A model generated the notes under the pieces. The model searched no databases and was not told the origin of the DNA. It worked only from the letters and a program-made list of their open reading frames with translations. A program made the translations under genes and the position numbers. From Thermodesulfobacteriota bacterium (GTDB lineage: Bacteria > Desulfobacterota > Desulfobacteria > Desulfobacterales > SURF-7), in the NCBI GenBank assembly GCA_049320885.1, contig JBMORA010000029.1:32001-96000 (forward strand): DNA of 64,000 bases. Direction: 5' to 3'. The first letter of the stretch is position 1. Each line of letters starts with the position of its first letter. Positions 49,781-60,616 of this stretch are shown here, piece after piece.

Positions 49781-52690
49781 CTACCAGTTTACGGGCAGAC
49801 GGACGGCTTTTCCCGCCTTGTTTTTGAACAACAGATATCCATTTTGTTTTCCGAACAGAAACAGATCCCGGGTGATCTCCACATCCTTGCGGCAGTACTC
49901 CATGATCTCCCGGATCCGGCCTTGCTTCCACCACAAAAGCGCCTGGAGCCCGTCCGCTGTTTTCCGGATTCCCAGGGTGGTGTCCGCCAGATGATCCAGG
50001 GGCAGCCGGTATCCCAGGCGTTGTTGAATTTTCTCAAGTATATCCAACGTATTGAGTTTATGAAAATCCAAGGAAGTATGCCGGCTGATCACCCGGTAGT
50101 CAAAGCGTTTGATGTTGAAGCCCACCATCAAATCCAGGGATGTCACATGGGCCACAAATTCGGTGATGTCCTTCTCCATGTATTCGAAGTAATCGTCCTT
50201 TTCCGAATCGTAGAGCACCATGCCGCTGATCCCCATGAGATCGGCATTCTGCCAGCCGCCCACTTCCTGGGCGGATCGCTGGGTTTCCACATCCAGAACG
50301 CCGTACCGAAGGGGCCTGGAAGACTGCCGAGGTTGGGGTCCGGTTTTTGTCTCCGCCGGGAGTGTTTTTTTCCATACCGGCCGCCGCTCTTGAAACACCG
50401 GGGCTTGCTCGGAACGAATCATTTCCAGGATGAACAGGGCGCTGTTTTTGTCAATGGGCCGGTTGCCGGAACCGCATTTGGGGGAATGTACACAGGAGGG
50501 GCACCCGTTATCGCAGGGGCATCGCCGGATGCATTGATAGGTTTGCGCCAGCATTTCCCCGGCTTTGACAAAGGCCTGACGGCTCAAACCGGCGCCGCCG
50601 GGAATACCGTCATAAATGAAAACCGCGGCGCAATTGAGCTGGGTATGCATGGGCGTGGAAATCCCGCCGAGATCGTTCCGGTCGGTCATGACAAAAAACG
50701 GGAAAATGCCGATGGCCGCATGCTCGATGGCATGGATGCCGCCCATGAAATGGAGGTAACGGTCTTCGACCGCCTGCTGCACCGACGGGGGGATCGTGAA
50801 CCAGAGGCCCTCGGTTTCAAATTGCTGCGGCGGCAAATCCAGGGGGTGGATGCTGAGACGTTTTTTAGCCTGAATCCGCCATGTTTCATAACCGGTTACC
50901 TGCTCGGTGACCTTCAGCCGGCCCAGGAAAATCCGGGTGCCCCGGATGGTCTTTTCCGCGTCCACGGACAATATTTCCGTATTCTTGCTGGTCCTGGCCC
51001 TGGTGTAGTAATCTGCATTCACCGCGGCGACCAGGACGGTATGGGAGGCCAAATCCAGTTCCTCTACCCGGTGGGTTTCCCCGTGATGCAGGTAGATCGC
51101 ACCGGGATGGGTTTCCGTAAAGGCCCTGAAACCATCTATTTCCCCTTTGCTTTCACCGGTCTCGGCGCAGGTGATGACAAAGCGGTTGCCGGTGCCGCGC
51201 AAATCCACTTGTCGATGGGGGTTTTTATACCGTGAGAAAAAGACCCCTCCTTCCGCGCTCTGGAGCAATTCAGCCTTTTCATGCAGGCGTTCCACGGTTT
51301 CGGTGATCTTCTTCTCCTCCAGGAACGGTTCACCGCCTTTCAGGGGTAACTCCGCCGCGGCGCAAACAAGATGTTTTTCCATGACATGCGGATTGAAGGG
51401 ATTGATTACGGCCGCCTCCGGTGGTTTTTGAATGAACTCCGCTGGATTTCGGGCGAAATACTGATCCAGCGCGTCCTCGCCGGCAATCAGGACCAGGGCC
51501 GATTCCTGCCCGCTCCGCCCTACCCTCCCTCCCCGCTGCCAGGTGGCCATAATGGAACCGGGATAGCCGACCAGTATGCACAGATCCAGATCACCGATAT
51601 CGATGCCCAGTTCAAGGGCGCTGGTGGAAATCACGGCCAACAAATCCCCCCGGGACAGTTTTTCCTCGATCGCCCTTCTTTCTTCCGGCAGGAAGCCGGC
51701 GCGATAGGCGCTGATCTTGTTCTGAAAGCGGCCGGACTGGCTGCCGGCCCAGATGGCGATCAGTTCGGTCATTTTTCGGGACTGGGTGTAAACGATGGTC
51801 CGGAGTCCCCGGTGCAGAGCCGCTTTGAGCAACAGAATGGCGGTCTGGGCAGGGCCGGAATCCGGGTTCATGATCACCAGATGCCGTATCCCCCTGGGCG
51901 CTCCGGATTTGTCGATGACCTGGACTTTCAAACCGGTGAGCAGCCCGGCGAGTTCATCGGGATTGGCGATGGTGGCCGAACTGAAAACGAATGCCGGGGA
52001 GACGCCGTAATAATCGCAGATCCTGCGCAGCCTGCGGAAGACGAGCGCCATATGAGACCCCATGACGCCGCGATACGAATGGACTTCATCCACCACCACC
52101 AGCTTCAATCTGGAAAGCAGTCCCTGCCATTTGTCATGGTGGGGTAAAATGGATAGGTGCAGCATTTCAGGATTGCTCATCAGCACATGCGGGGGGGTCT
52201 GGCGGATTTTCTTGCGCTGCCAGGCGGTGGTGTCGCCGTCATAAATGGCCGCCGTGGGTTTCCAGCGGTCAGGGAAAGCGGCCGCCATCTCGCAGAAGGC
52301 TCTCAACTGATCCTGGGCCAGGGCCTTGAGGGGGAACAGATACAGGGCCTTGAATTCGGGGTCGCTTTCAATATGTTCCAGCACCGGCAGGTTGTAAATC
52401 AGGGTTTTCCCGCTGGCCGTGGGCGTGGCCACCACGACATGCTGACGGCGGCGGATCAGGTCGATGGCTTCCACCTGATGACTGTATAACCGGCGGATGC
52501 CGGTCTGATTCAGGAGGTTTTGAATGGCGGCCGGCCATTTCCCCCGGATATCGGTAAAGCGGGGAGGCTTCTCTTCGAATACCTGATGATGGGTCACCAG
52601 ATGCCGCATCCGGTCCGAATGAAGCAGGGAGTGTATGTATTCCGATATGTGAGCGCCGGCCGCCATGTTTCGCACCCATTTCTTGTCCAC
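49781..52690 (-). CDS. DEAH-box DUF1998 helicase (MrfA/Hrq1-like) fused to a DEDD exonuclease (MrfB/YprB-like)
   Basis: TASGKT, DEVH, SAT, QRGGRVGR, CPCDNGCPSC; C-terminal LDVET, GFNIKRFD, YCRKDV. Confidence 0.88.
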   Translation of the reverse strand: MDKKWVRNMAAGAHISEYIHSLLHSDRMRHLVTHHQVFEEKPPRFTDIRGKWPAAIQNLLNQTGIRRLYSHQVEAIDLIRRRQHVVVATPTASGKTLIYNLPVLEHIESDPEFKALYLFPLKALAQDQLRAFCEMAAAFPDRWKPTAAIYDGDTTAWQRKKIRQTPPHVLMSNPEMLHLSILPHHDKWQGLLSRLKLVVVDEVHSYRGVMGSHMALVFRRLRRICDYYGVSPAFVFSSATIANPDELAGLLTGLKVQVIDKSGAPRGIRHLVIMNPDSGPAQTAILLLKAALHRGLRTIVYTQSRKMTELIAIWAGSQSGRFQNKISAYRAGFLPEERRAIEEKLSRGDLLAVISTSALELGIDIGDLDLCILVGYPGSIMATWQRGGRVGRSGQESALVLIAGEDALDQYFARNPAEFIQKPPEAAVINPFNPHVMEKHLVCAAAELPLKGGEPFLEEKKITETVERLHEKAELLQSAEGGVFFSRYKNPHRQVDLRGTGNRFVITCAETGESKGEIDGFRAFTETHPGAIYLHHGETHRVEELDLASHTVLVAAVNADYYTRARTSKNTEILSVDAEKTIRGTRIFLGRLKVTEQVTGYETWRIQAKKRLSIHPLDLPPQQFETEGLWFTIPPSVQQAVEDRYLHFMGGIHAIEHAAIGIFPFFVMTDRNDLGGISTPMHTQLNCAAVFIYDGIPGGAGLSRQAFVKAGEMLAQTYQCIRRCPCDNGCPSCVHSPKCGSGNRPIDKNSALFILEMIRSEQAPVFQERRPVWKKTLPAETKTGPQPRQSSRPLRYGVLDVETQRSAQEVGGWQNADLMGISGMVLYDSEKDDYFEYMEKDITEFVAHVTSLDLMVGFNIKRFDYRVISRHTSLDFHKLNTLDILEKIQQRLGYRLPLDHLADTTLGIRKTADGLQALLWWKQGRIREIMEYCRKDVEITRDLFLFGKQNGYLLFKNKAGKAVRLPVNW

Positions 52691-52763
52691 CCTGTTTCAT
52701 ATCATTTCCAACCGTAATTGCAACCGCGGCGGTCGGCAGGATTCGGGTTGGAAAGGGCGGGCT

Positions 52764-53840
52764 TCAGTTCGCGCACATCCGCAGCACCTCTCCGGCGATT
52801 TTGTCCAGAGGCAGGATTTTGTCCACTCCGCCGAGTTTGATGGCTTCGTTGGGCATGCCGAACACGACACAGGAGGCTTCGTCCTGGGCGATGGTGGAGG
52901 CTCCGGCCTCTTTCATTTCCAGCATGCCCTTGGCGCCGTCATCCCCCATTCCGGTCATGATGACGCCCACGGCGTTTTTCCCGGCGTATCGCGAGGCGGA
53001 ACGAAACAAGACATCCACCGAGGGTCGGTGGCGGCTGACCAGCGGACCGTCCTTGACTTCCACGAAATACCGGGCGCCGCTTCGTTTCAGCAGGGTGTGA
53101 CGATTTCCGGGGGCGATGAGGGCATGGCCCGGAATCACCGTATCGTTGTTTTCCGCCTCCTTGACGGATATCCGGCAGATCCCGTTCAAGCGGTTGGCAA
53201 AGGCGGTGGTGAATTTTTCCGGCATGTGCTGGACAATGACGATGCCGGGGGAATCCAGGGGCAGGATCTCCAAAAATTCCCGCAAGGCTTCGGTTCCGCC
53301 GGTGGAGGCGCCCACCACCACCACTTTTTCAGTTGTCTGCAGCATGGCCCGGGAAACGGTTTTCGGGATGATCACATCGGCGCTCAACTTTTTGGAGATC
53401 GGTTTTTTGTGCAATGCCTGCGAAATGGGCCTCAGTTTTGCCTGGGCCGCCGCTTTCACGGAGTCACAGATTTTGATTTTCGATTCCTGCAGGAATTCCC
53501 TGGTGCCCAGTTTGGGCTTGGTGATAATATCGATGGCGCCGTATTCCAGGGCTTTCAGGGTTGTTTCCGCCCCCTTGTCCGTCAGGCTGGAACACATGAC
53601 CACCGGTATGGGGTGCTGGCTCATGATTTTGTGAAGAAAGGTGATGCCGTCCATGCGCGGCATTTCCACATCCAGGGTAATGACATCCGGCACTTCTTTT
53701 TTTAATTTATCGGCGGCGATGAACGGATCGGAAGCGGTACCCATGACCTCGATGGCCGGATCCGAATTGAGGATTTCTTCCAGGGTCTGCCGCACAACGG
53801 CCGAATCATCTACAATCAGCACCCGAATTTTCTTGTTCAT
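52764..53840 (-). CDS. cheB: Chemotaxis methylesterase/response regulator
   Basis: REC domain plus GASTGG, QHMP, GMGDDG. Confidence 0.96.
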   Translation of the reverse strand: MNKKIRVLIVDDSAVVRQTLEEILNSDPAIEVMGTASDPFIAADKLKKEVPDVITLDVEMPRMDGITFLHKIMSQHPIPVVMCSSLTDKGAETTLKALEYGAIDIITKPKLGTREFLQESKIKICDSVKAAAQAKLRPISQALHKKPISKKLSADVIIPKTVSRAMLQTTEKVVVVGASTGGTEALREFLEILPLDSPGIVIVQHMPEKFTTAFANRLNGICRISVKEAENNDTVIPGHALIAPGNRHTLLKRSGARYFVEVKDGPLVSRHRPSVDVLFRSASRYAGKNAVGVIMTGMGDDGAKGMLEMKEAGASTIAQDEASCVVFGMPNEAIKLGGVDKILPLDKIAGEVLRMCAN

Positions 53841-53876
53841 GGTTGTGCTCGTCACCTATGTCGGGAAAGGTACGAT

Positions 53877-54437
53877 CTATGAAACCAAAACCGGCAGGAT
53901 TTTTTCCGCTTTCCGGATTTTTTGATACAATTGCCGGACGGTTGCCTGCTCCCTGTCGATGAATTGTTCGAACCCCTGCATGGGGCTTCGTTTCAGCAAC
54001 ACCATACCGGTGTCCGTATGAAAATAGATTTTTCGGACATCTGCGCCGCCCAGATCGTAACTTTCGATCCGGATTTTTTTTTCAGCCAAAAATCCGAGCA
54101 CGAATTCTGAAAGATGCCGACCGACTCCGCGATGGTCCGAAATGGTCTGCAGCAGATGGGCCCCGCCGAATGCCTTGGCGATCAGGTTCCGCTGCTTGGC
54201 CCCCAATCTCATAAGGCTGTTGATTAGCATCTCAATGGCGTTGTGGGCATACCGGGATGTCGCATCATCCATCTTCGACCCGGCGATCCCCGGCAAGAGG
54301 ATATGATTCATGCCGCCGATTCCTTGCGTCGGATCGAACAGACAAACGGCCACGCAGGAGCCCAGCAGCGTGTAGATAACGGCGGGGGTTTGGCTGACAT
54401 GGAGTTCGCCGATATGGATGGAGACGTTTTTTTTCAT
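53877..54437 (-). CDS. cheD: Chemoreceptor glutamine deamidase
   Basis: TLLGSCVAVC, GGMNH, KAFGGA. Confidence 0.92.
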   Translation of the reverse strand: MKKNVSIHIGELHVSQTPAVIYTLLGSCVAVCLFDPTQGIGGMNHILLPGIAGSKMDDATSRYAHNAIEMLINSLMRLGAKQRNLIAKAFGGAHLLQTISDHRGVGRHLSEFVLGFLAEKKIRIESYDLGGADVRKIYFHTDTGMVLLKRSPMQGFEQFIDREQATVRQLYQKIRKAEKILPVLVS

Positions 54438-55297
54438 TTTTCCGGCTTCCGGTACACCGATGTCGCCACCGGAAGGAAATGCTCGTTTATGCCGTGGAGT
54501 GTTTCCGAATGACCGATGAACATGTAGCCGCCGGGAACCAGCACGCGGAAAAATTTTTCAAACAGGCGCTGCTGGGTCACCCGGTCGAAATAGATGATGA
54601 CATTGCGGCAGAAAATGATATCCATGGGCGCCTTGATGTCGAAATCCCTGCCCTCCACGAGATTCAGCCGCAAAAGGGTTACATGTCTGCGCAACTCGGG
54701 GGCCACCCGGCAGAACCCGGTCCGGGAGCCCTTGCCTTTCAAAAAATATCTGTATTTCATATTCTTGGGAACCGGGACCACGGCTTCTTCCGGATATATG
54801 GCCTGGCGTGCCTTTTCCAGCACCCTGGTGGAGATGTCGGTGGCCAGAATGGAAAATTCTCCCGCCTTTCTCGTAAAATATTCCGCCATCACCATGGCGA
54901 GCGTATAGGGTTCCTCCCCGCTGCTGCAACCGGCGCTCCAGACACACAATTTTCGTCCTCCCGTTCCCCGTCCCAGGCGGGTCAGTTGCGGCAGGGCATG
55001 ATCCACCAGGTAATCGAAATGGGCCGCCTCCCGGAAGAAATCGGTCTTGTTGGTGGTGACCGCGTCGATCATGGGAGTCAGTTCGTTCTCCCGTCCTTCG
55101 GGACTGATGACGTAGTCGTAGTACTGACGGAATGTCTGGAGCCCGCATATACGCAGCCGTTTGCTCAGTCGCGACATCAGCATGGTCTTTTTGGCCGGGG
55201 GCAGCTTCACCCCGCATTGGGCATAGACGAATTCGCTGAACCGTTTGAAATCGGCATCCGACAAGGCGGGGGTGTGATGCAGTTCGGACTGGTTCAT
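54434..55297 (-). CDS. cheR: Chemotaxis methyltransferase
   Basis: TTNKTDFFRE, WSAGCSSGEEPY, IFCRNVIIYF. Confidence 0.96.
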   Translation of the reverse strand: MNQSELHHTPALSDADFKRFSEFVYAQCGVKLPPAKKTMLMSRLSKRLRICGLQTFRQYYDYVISPEGRENELTPMIDAVTTNKTDFFREAAHFDYLVDHALPQLTRLGRGTGGRKLCVWSAGCSSGEEPYTLAMVMAEYFTRKAGEFSILATDISTRVLEKARQAIYPEEAVVPVPKNMKYRYFLKGKGSRTGFCRVAPELRRHVTLLRLNLVEGRDFDIKAPMDIIFCRNVIIYFDRVTQQRLFEKFFRVLVPGGYMFIGHSETLHGINEHFLPVATSVYRKPEK

Positions 55298-55303
55298 GGG
55301 AAA

Positions 55304-55858
55304 TCACACCGGCGCTTCCGCCGGGAAGGCATTTTCTTCCCGCCCACCGTTGGGGAGTTCCCTTGCCGAAGTTTCCCCTTCACCGGTTTCCTTCACCATG
55401 GCCAGTTCCTCCATGGAGAAAACCCGGTCTATATCCAATATGATTAAAAATTTATCGTCCTGCTTGCCCATCCCCTTGATGAATTCCGTTTTTAATTTGG
55501 TGCCGATCTTGGGCGGCGCCGCGATCTGGGTGTCCTGAAGATCGATCACTTCCTTGACGGAATCCGCCAGGGCGCCCATCTGGGTAAGATCGCCGTCGAT
55601 ATCCAGTTCCACGATGATGATGCAGGTATCCACCGTTTTCTGGATGGCGGCCATGCCGAGCTTCAGGCTCATATCCACCACCGGCACGACATTGCCGCGC
55701 AGGTTGATGACTCCCCGCAAAAAATCCGGCATTCGCGGCACTTTGGTGATGCTGGTATAATCGAGTACTTCACGAACCTTGGAGATTTCCAGGGCGAAAT
55801 CCTCTTCCCCGATGGTAAATGTCAGATACTGGGTTGACTGATTCATGGCGGCGCTCAT
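55304..55858 (-). CDS. cheW: Chemotaxis coupling protein
   Basis: YLTF, GVINLRGNVVPVVD. Confidence 0.95.
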   Translation of the reverse strand: MSAAMNQSTQYLTFTIGEEDFALEISKVREVLDYTSITKVPRMPDFLRGVINLRGNVVPVVDMSLKLGMAAIQKTVDTCIIIVELDIDGDLTQMGALADSVKEVIDLQDTQIAAPPKIGTKLKTEFIKGMGKQDDKFLIILDIDRVFSMEELAMVKETGEGETSARELPNGGREENAFPAEAPV

Positions 55859-55880
55859 GTTCCCCTCCTGTCTTGACTTG

Positions 55881-58091
55881 TTAATACCGCTCGAACTCGC
55901 TGTCGTCCGCTTCCCGCATCTCCAGGTGAACGCCGGAACCCGTTTGGCTGTGTCCCGGAACAGGCGCTTGAAAACGGCCGGCGGGCTCCCCCTTGATCAT
56001 CGGGACGGACTGCCTGTCGGCGCTCCGTTTCTCCCGGGGCGAGCGCCCGGAATAGGATGTCCGAAAGGTGCGGCTGATCCCTTCGTGCTCAATTTTGAAA
56101 AATGCAGCCGCTTCCTTCAACTGTTCCGCCTGGCCGGATAATTCCTCGCTGGTGGAAGCCATTTCCTCCGTTGCGGCGGCGTTCTGCTGAATGATCTGAT
56201 CCAGCTGCTGCACCGCCTGGGTCACCTGCCGGATGCCGTCGGCTTGCTCCGAGCTGGCGGCGTTGATTTCCTGCACCAGCTCCGCTGTTTTCTGGATCCC
56301 CGGCACGATGCTCTCCAACAACCGGCCTGCTTTTTCAGATACTTCCACGCTGGATATGGACTGGGCGCTGATCTCCTTGGCGGCGGTCTGGCTCCGTTCC
56401 GCCAGCTTCCGGACTTCGGCCGCCACCACCGCGAAGCCCTTGCCGTGTTCTCCGGCCCGGGCCGCCTCAATGGCGGCGTTCAGGGCCAGCATGTTGGTTT
56501 GCCGCGCGATCTCCTCGATGATGCCGATCTTTTCGGAAATCGTCTGCATGGCCTTTACCGTTTCGGAAACCGCCTTGCCGCCTTCCGCAGCGTCGGCGGC
56601 CGCCTTGCGCGCGATGGTGGCGGTCTCCTTGGCATTGTCGGCATTCTGTTGTACCGTGCTGTTCATTTCCTCCATGGAACTGGAAACCTCTTCCACACTG
56701 GCCGATTGCGCCGTGGCGCCCTGGGACATCTGCTGGCCGGTGGCGCTGATCTGTTGACTGCCGGAAGCCACCTGATCGGCGGCCATCTGCACATTGGCGG
56801 CAATTTCCTTCAGATCCCTCACCATGGCGTCCAGGGCGATCATCAGCGCGTCCTGATCGGAACGCTTTTCCACTTTCACCTTCAGGTTGCCCCTGGAAAT
56901 TTCCTGGGCCAGCCTGGTGATTTCGTTGGTGGAGGTGATCAGCAGGTTCACGTTATTCTTGATGTCATTGAAATCCCCCTTATAGTCCGCGGTAATGGGC
57001 TCGGGCACGTCCCCCCTGGACATCCGGTTGAGGTAGGTGGCCGTCACGGTGAAGGGCGCCACAAACGCCTCGATGAGCCCGTTCAACCCGTGGACCATCT
57101 CCTGCCAGCCGCCGGCAAACTCCTTTCCATTGCCCCTTGCGGTGAGTTTGCCGTTCTTGATTTCCCCGGAAATGCTTTGAATTTCCTGGACCAGCCGGCG
57201 GATGTTCCCGATCATTCCCTGGAGGGATTGGCCCAGGATATCTTTTTCCGAAAGCAGTTTGATCTGGATATTCATGTCGCCGTCGGACAGCCGGCGGGCC
57301 ATTTGAACCGTGGCGTTCAGGTTTTCCACCATGGTTTTCATGGCCGCCAGCAACTGGCCGGCCTCGTCCCGACCGGTGACCTGGATGTCCATGGACAGAT
57401 CGCCCAGGGATAGACTTCTGGCGACCTGGACGCCCAATTCCAGGGGCCTGGTGATGGCGCGGGTGATGATCCAGGCAAACACCAGTGCCAACAAGACTCC
57501 CAGGATGGTCAGGAAAATGGATATGGTTTGGACCTGGCCGGCGATCTGATCGTACAACTCATCGGCTTCGTTGGTCTCCGTTTTCAAGGCTTCGTTGATT
57601 TTATTCAGCAGGGCAATGGACGCTTCCTTGGCGGTATCCACCGTTTCGTCCAATTCGCGGATCCGGCGTTCGTCCTCGGCTGCCCCTTTTTCCAATAGGG
57701 GCAGCATTTCTTTTTCAAAGATCCGCAGGTAATTCTCGTACTCCGTGGCGAATTCACCGGCCCATTTTTTTTCCTGACTGGTATCGGCCAAATCATCGAT
57801 GGTTTCCAGGTCCTTTTCCGCCTGGGCTTTGATCTGTGAAAAAGCCTTGCGGCTCTCCTCCAGATTGCGATTGATGACCGCGTCGGCGATGACGGAATAG
57901 ACGCCGTTGACCTGGCTGACAATCTCGCCGATGTGAAGGGAATCCCGCGACCTTCCGGCGCCTTCATCCTGGAGCGCCGACAAGCGGTGCATCTGGAAGA
58001 TTTGATAGGCCGTCACGATCACAAAAAGAAGCACCACCGCGCTGAAGCCGCCGAACAATTTTTTGCCGATTTTTATGTCCGAAAATTTCAT
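55881..58091 (-). CDS. Methyl-accepting chemotaxis protein (helical periplasmic sensor, multiple HAMP domains)
   Basis: 2 TM, HAMP repeats, [28 protein letters not shown]-terminal pentapeptide EFERY. Confidence 0.95.
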   Translation of the reverse strand: MKFSDIKIGKKLFGGFSAVVLLFVIVTAYQIFQMHRLSALQDEGAGRSRDSLHIGEIVSQVNGVYSVIADAVINRNLEESRKAFSQIKAQAEKDLETIDDLADTSQEKKWAGEFATEYENYLRIFEKEMLPLLEKGAAEDERRIRELDETVDTAKEASIALLNKINEALKTETNEADELYDQIAGQVQTISIFLTILGVLLALVFAWIITRAITRPLELGVQVARSLSLGDLSMDIQVTGRDEAGQLLAAMKTMVENLNATVQMARRLSDGDMNIQIKLLSEKDILGQSLQGMIGNIRRLVQEIQSISGEIKNGKLTARGNGKEFAGGWQEMVHGLNGLIEAFVAPFTVTATYLNRMSRGDVPEPITADYKGDFNDIKNNVNLLITSTNEITRLAQEISRGNLKVKVEKRSDQDALMIALDAMVRDLKEIAANVQMAADQVASGSQQISATGQQMSQGATAQSASVEEVSSSMEEMNSTVQQNADNAKETATIARKAAADAAEGGKAVSETVKAMQTISEKIGIIEEIARQTNMLALNAAIEAARAGEHGKGFAVVAAEVRKLAERSQTAAKEISAQSISSVEVSEKAGRLLESIVPGIQKTAELVQEINAASSEQADGIRQVTQAVQQLDQIIQQNAAATEEMASTSEELSGQAEQLKEAAAFFKIEHEGISRTFRTSYSGRSPREKRSADRQSVPMIKGEPAGRFQAPVPGHSQTGSGVHLEMREADDSEFERY

Positions 58092-58141
58092 GAGTCCTCC
58101 TGATGAATGACATCGTCTGGATGGTTTCAGTAGCGTTCAAA

Positions 58142-60232
58142 TCAATCATTACCGGTGAGCCGTTCCATTTCTTCGTTGCAGGCGCAACGCACCAGCTCCG
58201 GAATATCCAGAATCAAGGCCACGGTTCCGTCGCCCATGATGGTGGCTCCGGACAAACCGTCCGCGTCCTGATAAATCTTGCCGAGGGACTTGATGACCGT
58301 CTGGTGGTCGCCGATGATATGATCCACCACAATGCCCATCCGGAGATCATCGAGGCGCACGATGGCGATGTGTTCTATGGAGGGTCTTGTTTCCCGGATA
58401 TCGAAAAATTCCCGCAGGCGGATCAGCGGCACCAATTCCCCGCGCACGGGAATCACGTTGCGGCCATGGGTGGTTTCGGCCTTTTCCTTGGGCAGCTCGA
58501 CACATTCCTCGATCATGGAAAGAGGTAAAACAAAAAAATTGCCGGCAACCTTGACCAGCAGACCGTCGATGATGGCCAGGGTCAGGGGCAAGGAGAGATG
58601 GATGGCCGTCCCCCGGCCTTTCTGGCTGGTGATATCCACCGAACCACCCAGGGATTCGATTTCCCGCTTGACCACATCCATGCCCACGCCGCGTCCGGAA
58701 ACACTGGTCACCTGCTTTGCGGTGGAAAAGCCGGCCGCGAAGATCTGGCTCCATATCTCTTTGTCAGCCAGCTTGGCTTCCGGTGAAATCAGCCCCTTTT
58801 CAATGGCCTTCTGACGGATGGCGTCGCGATCGAGCCCCCGGCCGTCATCCTTGATGGTGATCACCACCTTGGCACCCCGATGGGCGGCCATGAGGCTGAT
58901 GGTCCCCTCTTCCGGCTTGCCGGATTGAATTCGTTCCCCGGGCGCTTCGATTCCGTGGTCGATGCTGTTGCGAATCAAGTGGACCAAGGGATCGTTGAGG
59001 CGTTCAATGACCGTTTTGTCCAGTTCGGTTTCCGCCCCTTCGGTGATGAGACGGATGGTTTTACCCAGATCGGCGGACAGATCCCGCACCAGCCGGTTGA
59101 ATTTGCTGAAGGTGGTCCCGATGGGCAGCATGCGGATATTCAGCACCACATCCCGCAATTCGGCGGTGAGGCGCTCGATTTCCTCCACCGGCGTCGCCAG
59201 TTCCATTTCCTTGATGGCATGGGCCACCTGGGACAAGCGCGCCTGGGTGATGACCAGTTCACCGACCAGGTTCACGAGATGGTCGAGTTTATCGGAAGGA
59301 ACCCGGACACTGGCCGCCTTTGCGGCCAAGCGGCGTTGATCGATGATTTTTTGCTCTTTAAGGGCGGAGAAGACTTTGTCCTCGGATACGGCCCCCGAGG
59401 CCACCAGCAGTTCACCGATGCGTTTCTGGCCGGCCAGGGCGCGTTTGATCTCCTCCGGATCGGCATCCCCTTTTTGGATCAAAATTTCACCGAGTTTGGG
59501 AATGGGAAGTTCCGGATCATCCGGTCCGGCCTCGGTGACGGCCTCCATTTCAATCCGGCATTTGTCTTCCACAAAAATGAAGACATCCTTGATGGCGTTA
59601 AGACCCCTGGCGGTGGTCAGGGCGATATCCCAGTAGAGCCAACATTGATCCGGGACGAGGTTTTCCAGGGGGGGGATTGCATCGGTAAGGCCCATGATTT
59701 CACAATTCCCCAATTCCCGGAGTCCGTCCAGCAGATCGGCCGGGTCCATGCCGGATTCGGCGAAATTCGGCAGGGGCGTAAACCGGATACGATACAGCAG
59801 CTCCTTTCCCTGGGTTGCGTCGGGCTCTTCCTGTGTTGCCGGCGCCGGCGCGACGGTCAATGCCGCCAGTCCGGCGATAATCCGGCTGCCGGCCGCCTCA
59901 TCCACCGGATCACCCCCGGCGGCCGCATCCAGCAATGCATGGATGTGGTCCCGGGAGGCCAGAATCAGGTCGATCATGCCTTTTTTCACCGGGATGCTGC
60001 CGTCCCGGACTTTATCCAGGGCGGTTTCCACATGGTGGGTAAATCCCGCGATATCGTCGAAACCGAACATGCCGCCCGATCCCTTGATGGTATGCATGGC
60101 GCGGAAAAGGCGGTTGACCTGTTCCAGATCCTCCGGATTTTTTTCGATTTCCAGCACGGTTTCTTCGATTTCCGCCAGCAACTCCTCGGCTTCCTGGCGA
60201 AAGGTGTCGACAAACTGATTCGCGTTGCTCAT
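58142..60232 (-). CDS. cheA: Chemotaxis histidine kinase
   Basis: Hpt FRAMHTIKG, HLIRNSIDHG, DDGRG, SGRGVGMDVV, CheW domain. Confidence 0.96.
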   Translation of the reverse strand: MSNANQFVDTFRQEAEELLAEIEETVLEIEKNPEDLEQVNRLFRAMHTIKGSGGMFGFDDIAGFTHHVETALDKVRDGSIPVKKGMIDLILASRDHIHALLDAAAGGDPVDEAAGSRIIAGLAALTVAPAPATQEEPDATQGKELLYRIRFTPLPNFAESGMDPADLLDGLRELGNCEIMGLTDAIPPLENLVPDQCWLYWDIALTTARGLNAIKDVFIFVEDKCRIEMEAVTEAGPDDPELPIPKLGEILIQKGDADPEEIKRALAGQKRIGELLVASGAVSEDKVFSALKEQKIIDQRRLAAKAASVRVPSDKLDHLVNLVGELVITQARLSQVAHAIKEMELATPVEEIERLTAELRDVVLNIRMLPIGTTFSKFNRLVRDLSADLGKTIRLITEGAETELDKTVIERLNDPLVHLIRNSIDHGIEAPGERIQSGKPEEGTISLMAAHRGAKVVITIKDDGRGLDRDAIRQKAIEKGLISPEAKLADKEIWSQIFAAGFSTAKQVTSVSGRGVGMDVVKREIESLGGSVDITSQKGRGTAIHLSLPLTLAIIDGLLVKVAGNFFVLPLSMIEECVELPKEKAETTHGRNVIPVRGELVPLIRLREFFDIRETRPSIEHIAIVRLDDLRMGIVVDHIIGDHQTVIKSLGKIYQDADGLSGATIMGDGTVALILDIPELVRCACNEEMERLTGND

Positions 60233-60269
60233 CTCCCACCTCATTGAAAAGATGTATCCGGTAGTACAT

Positions 60270-60566
60270 TTATAAGACCGTTTCGGTGTCAAATCCGATG
60301 CGCCGGCAATATGCGGCCATGTGGGCCGGCATGTCTTCCATCACGGTTTTTCCGGTATGGATTCCGGAGGGGGTACAGGCGGAAATCAGCAGTTGAACTC
60401 CGTATATATCGCACGCGTCCACCTTTCCTAGCAGAATGCGGATGTCCTTGCCGGTTTTTTGTTCCGCCAGCAACCGGCTGTGCAGAGCTTCCATTGCATC
60501 GATGGTCAATGCGCCCGACACCGCAAGGCGAATCCGACGATCGTCCTCTTCCTTTTCCATCTGCAT
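60270..60566 (-). CDS. STAS-domain protein
   Basis: LAVSGALTI..VDACDIYGVQLL; AGGAGG RBS; directly upstream of cheA. Confidence 0.75.
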   Translation of the reverse strand: MQMEKEEDDRRIRLAVSGALTIDAMEALHSRLLAEQKTGKDIRILLGKVDACDIYGVQLLISACTPSGIHTGKTVMEDMPAHMAAYCRRIGFDTETVL

Positions 60567-60616
60567 GCTCACACCTCCTGAAACGCTTTTATTAGGGTTC
60601 AACGGTTATCATTTTT

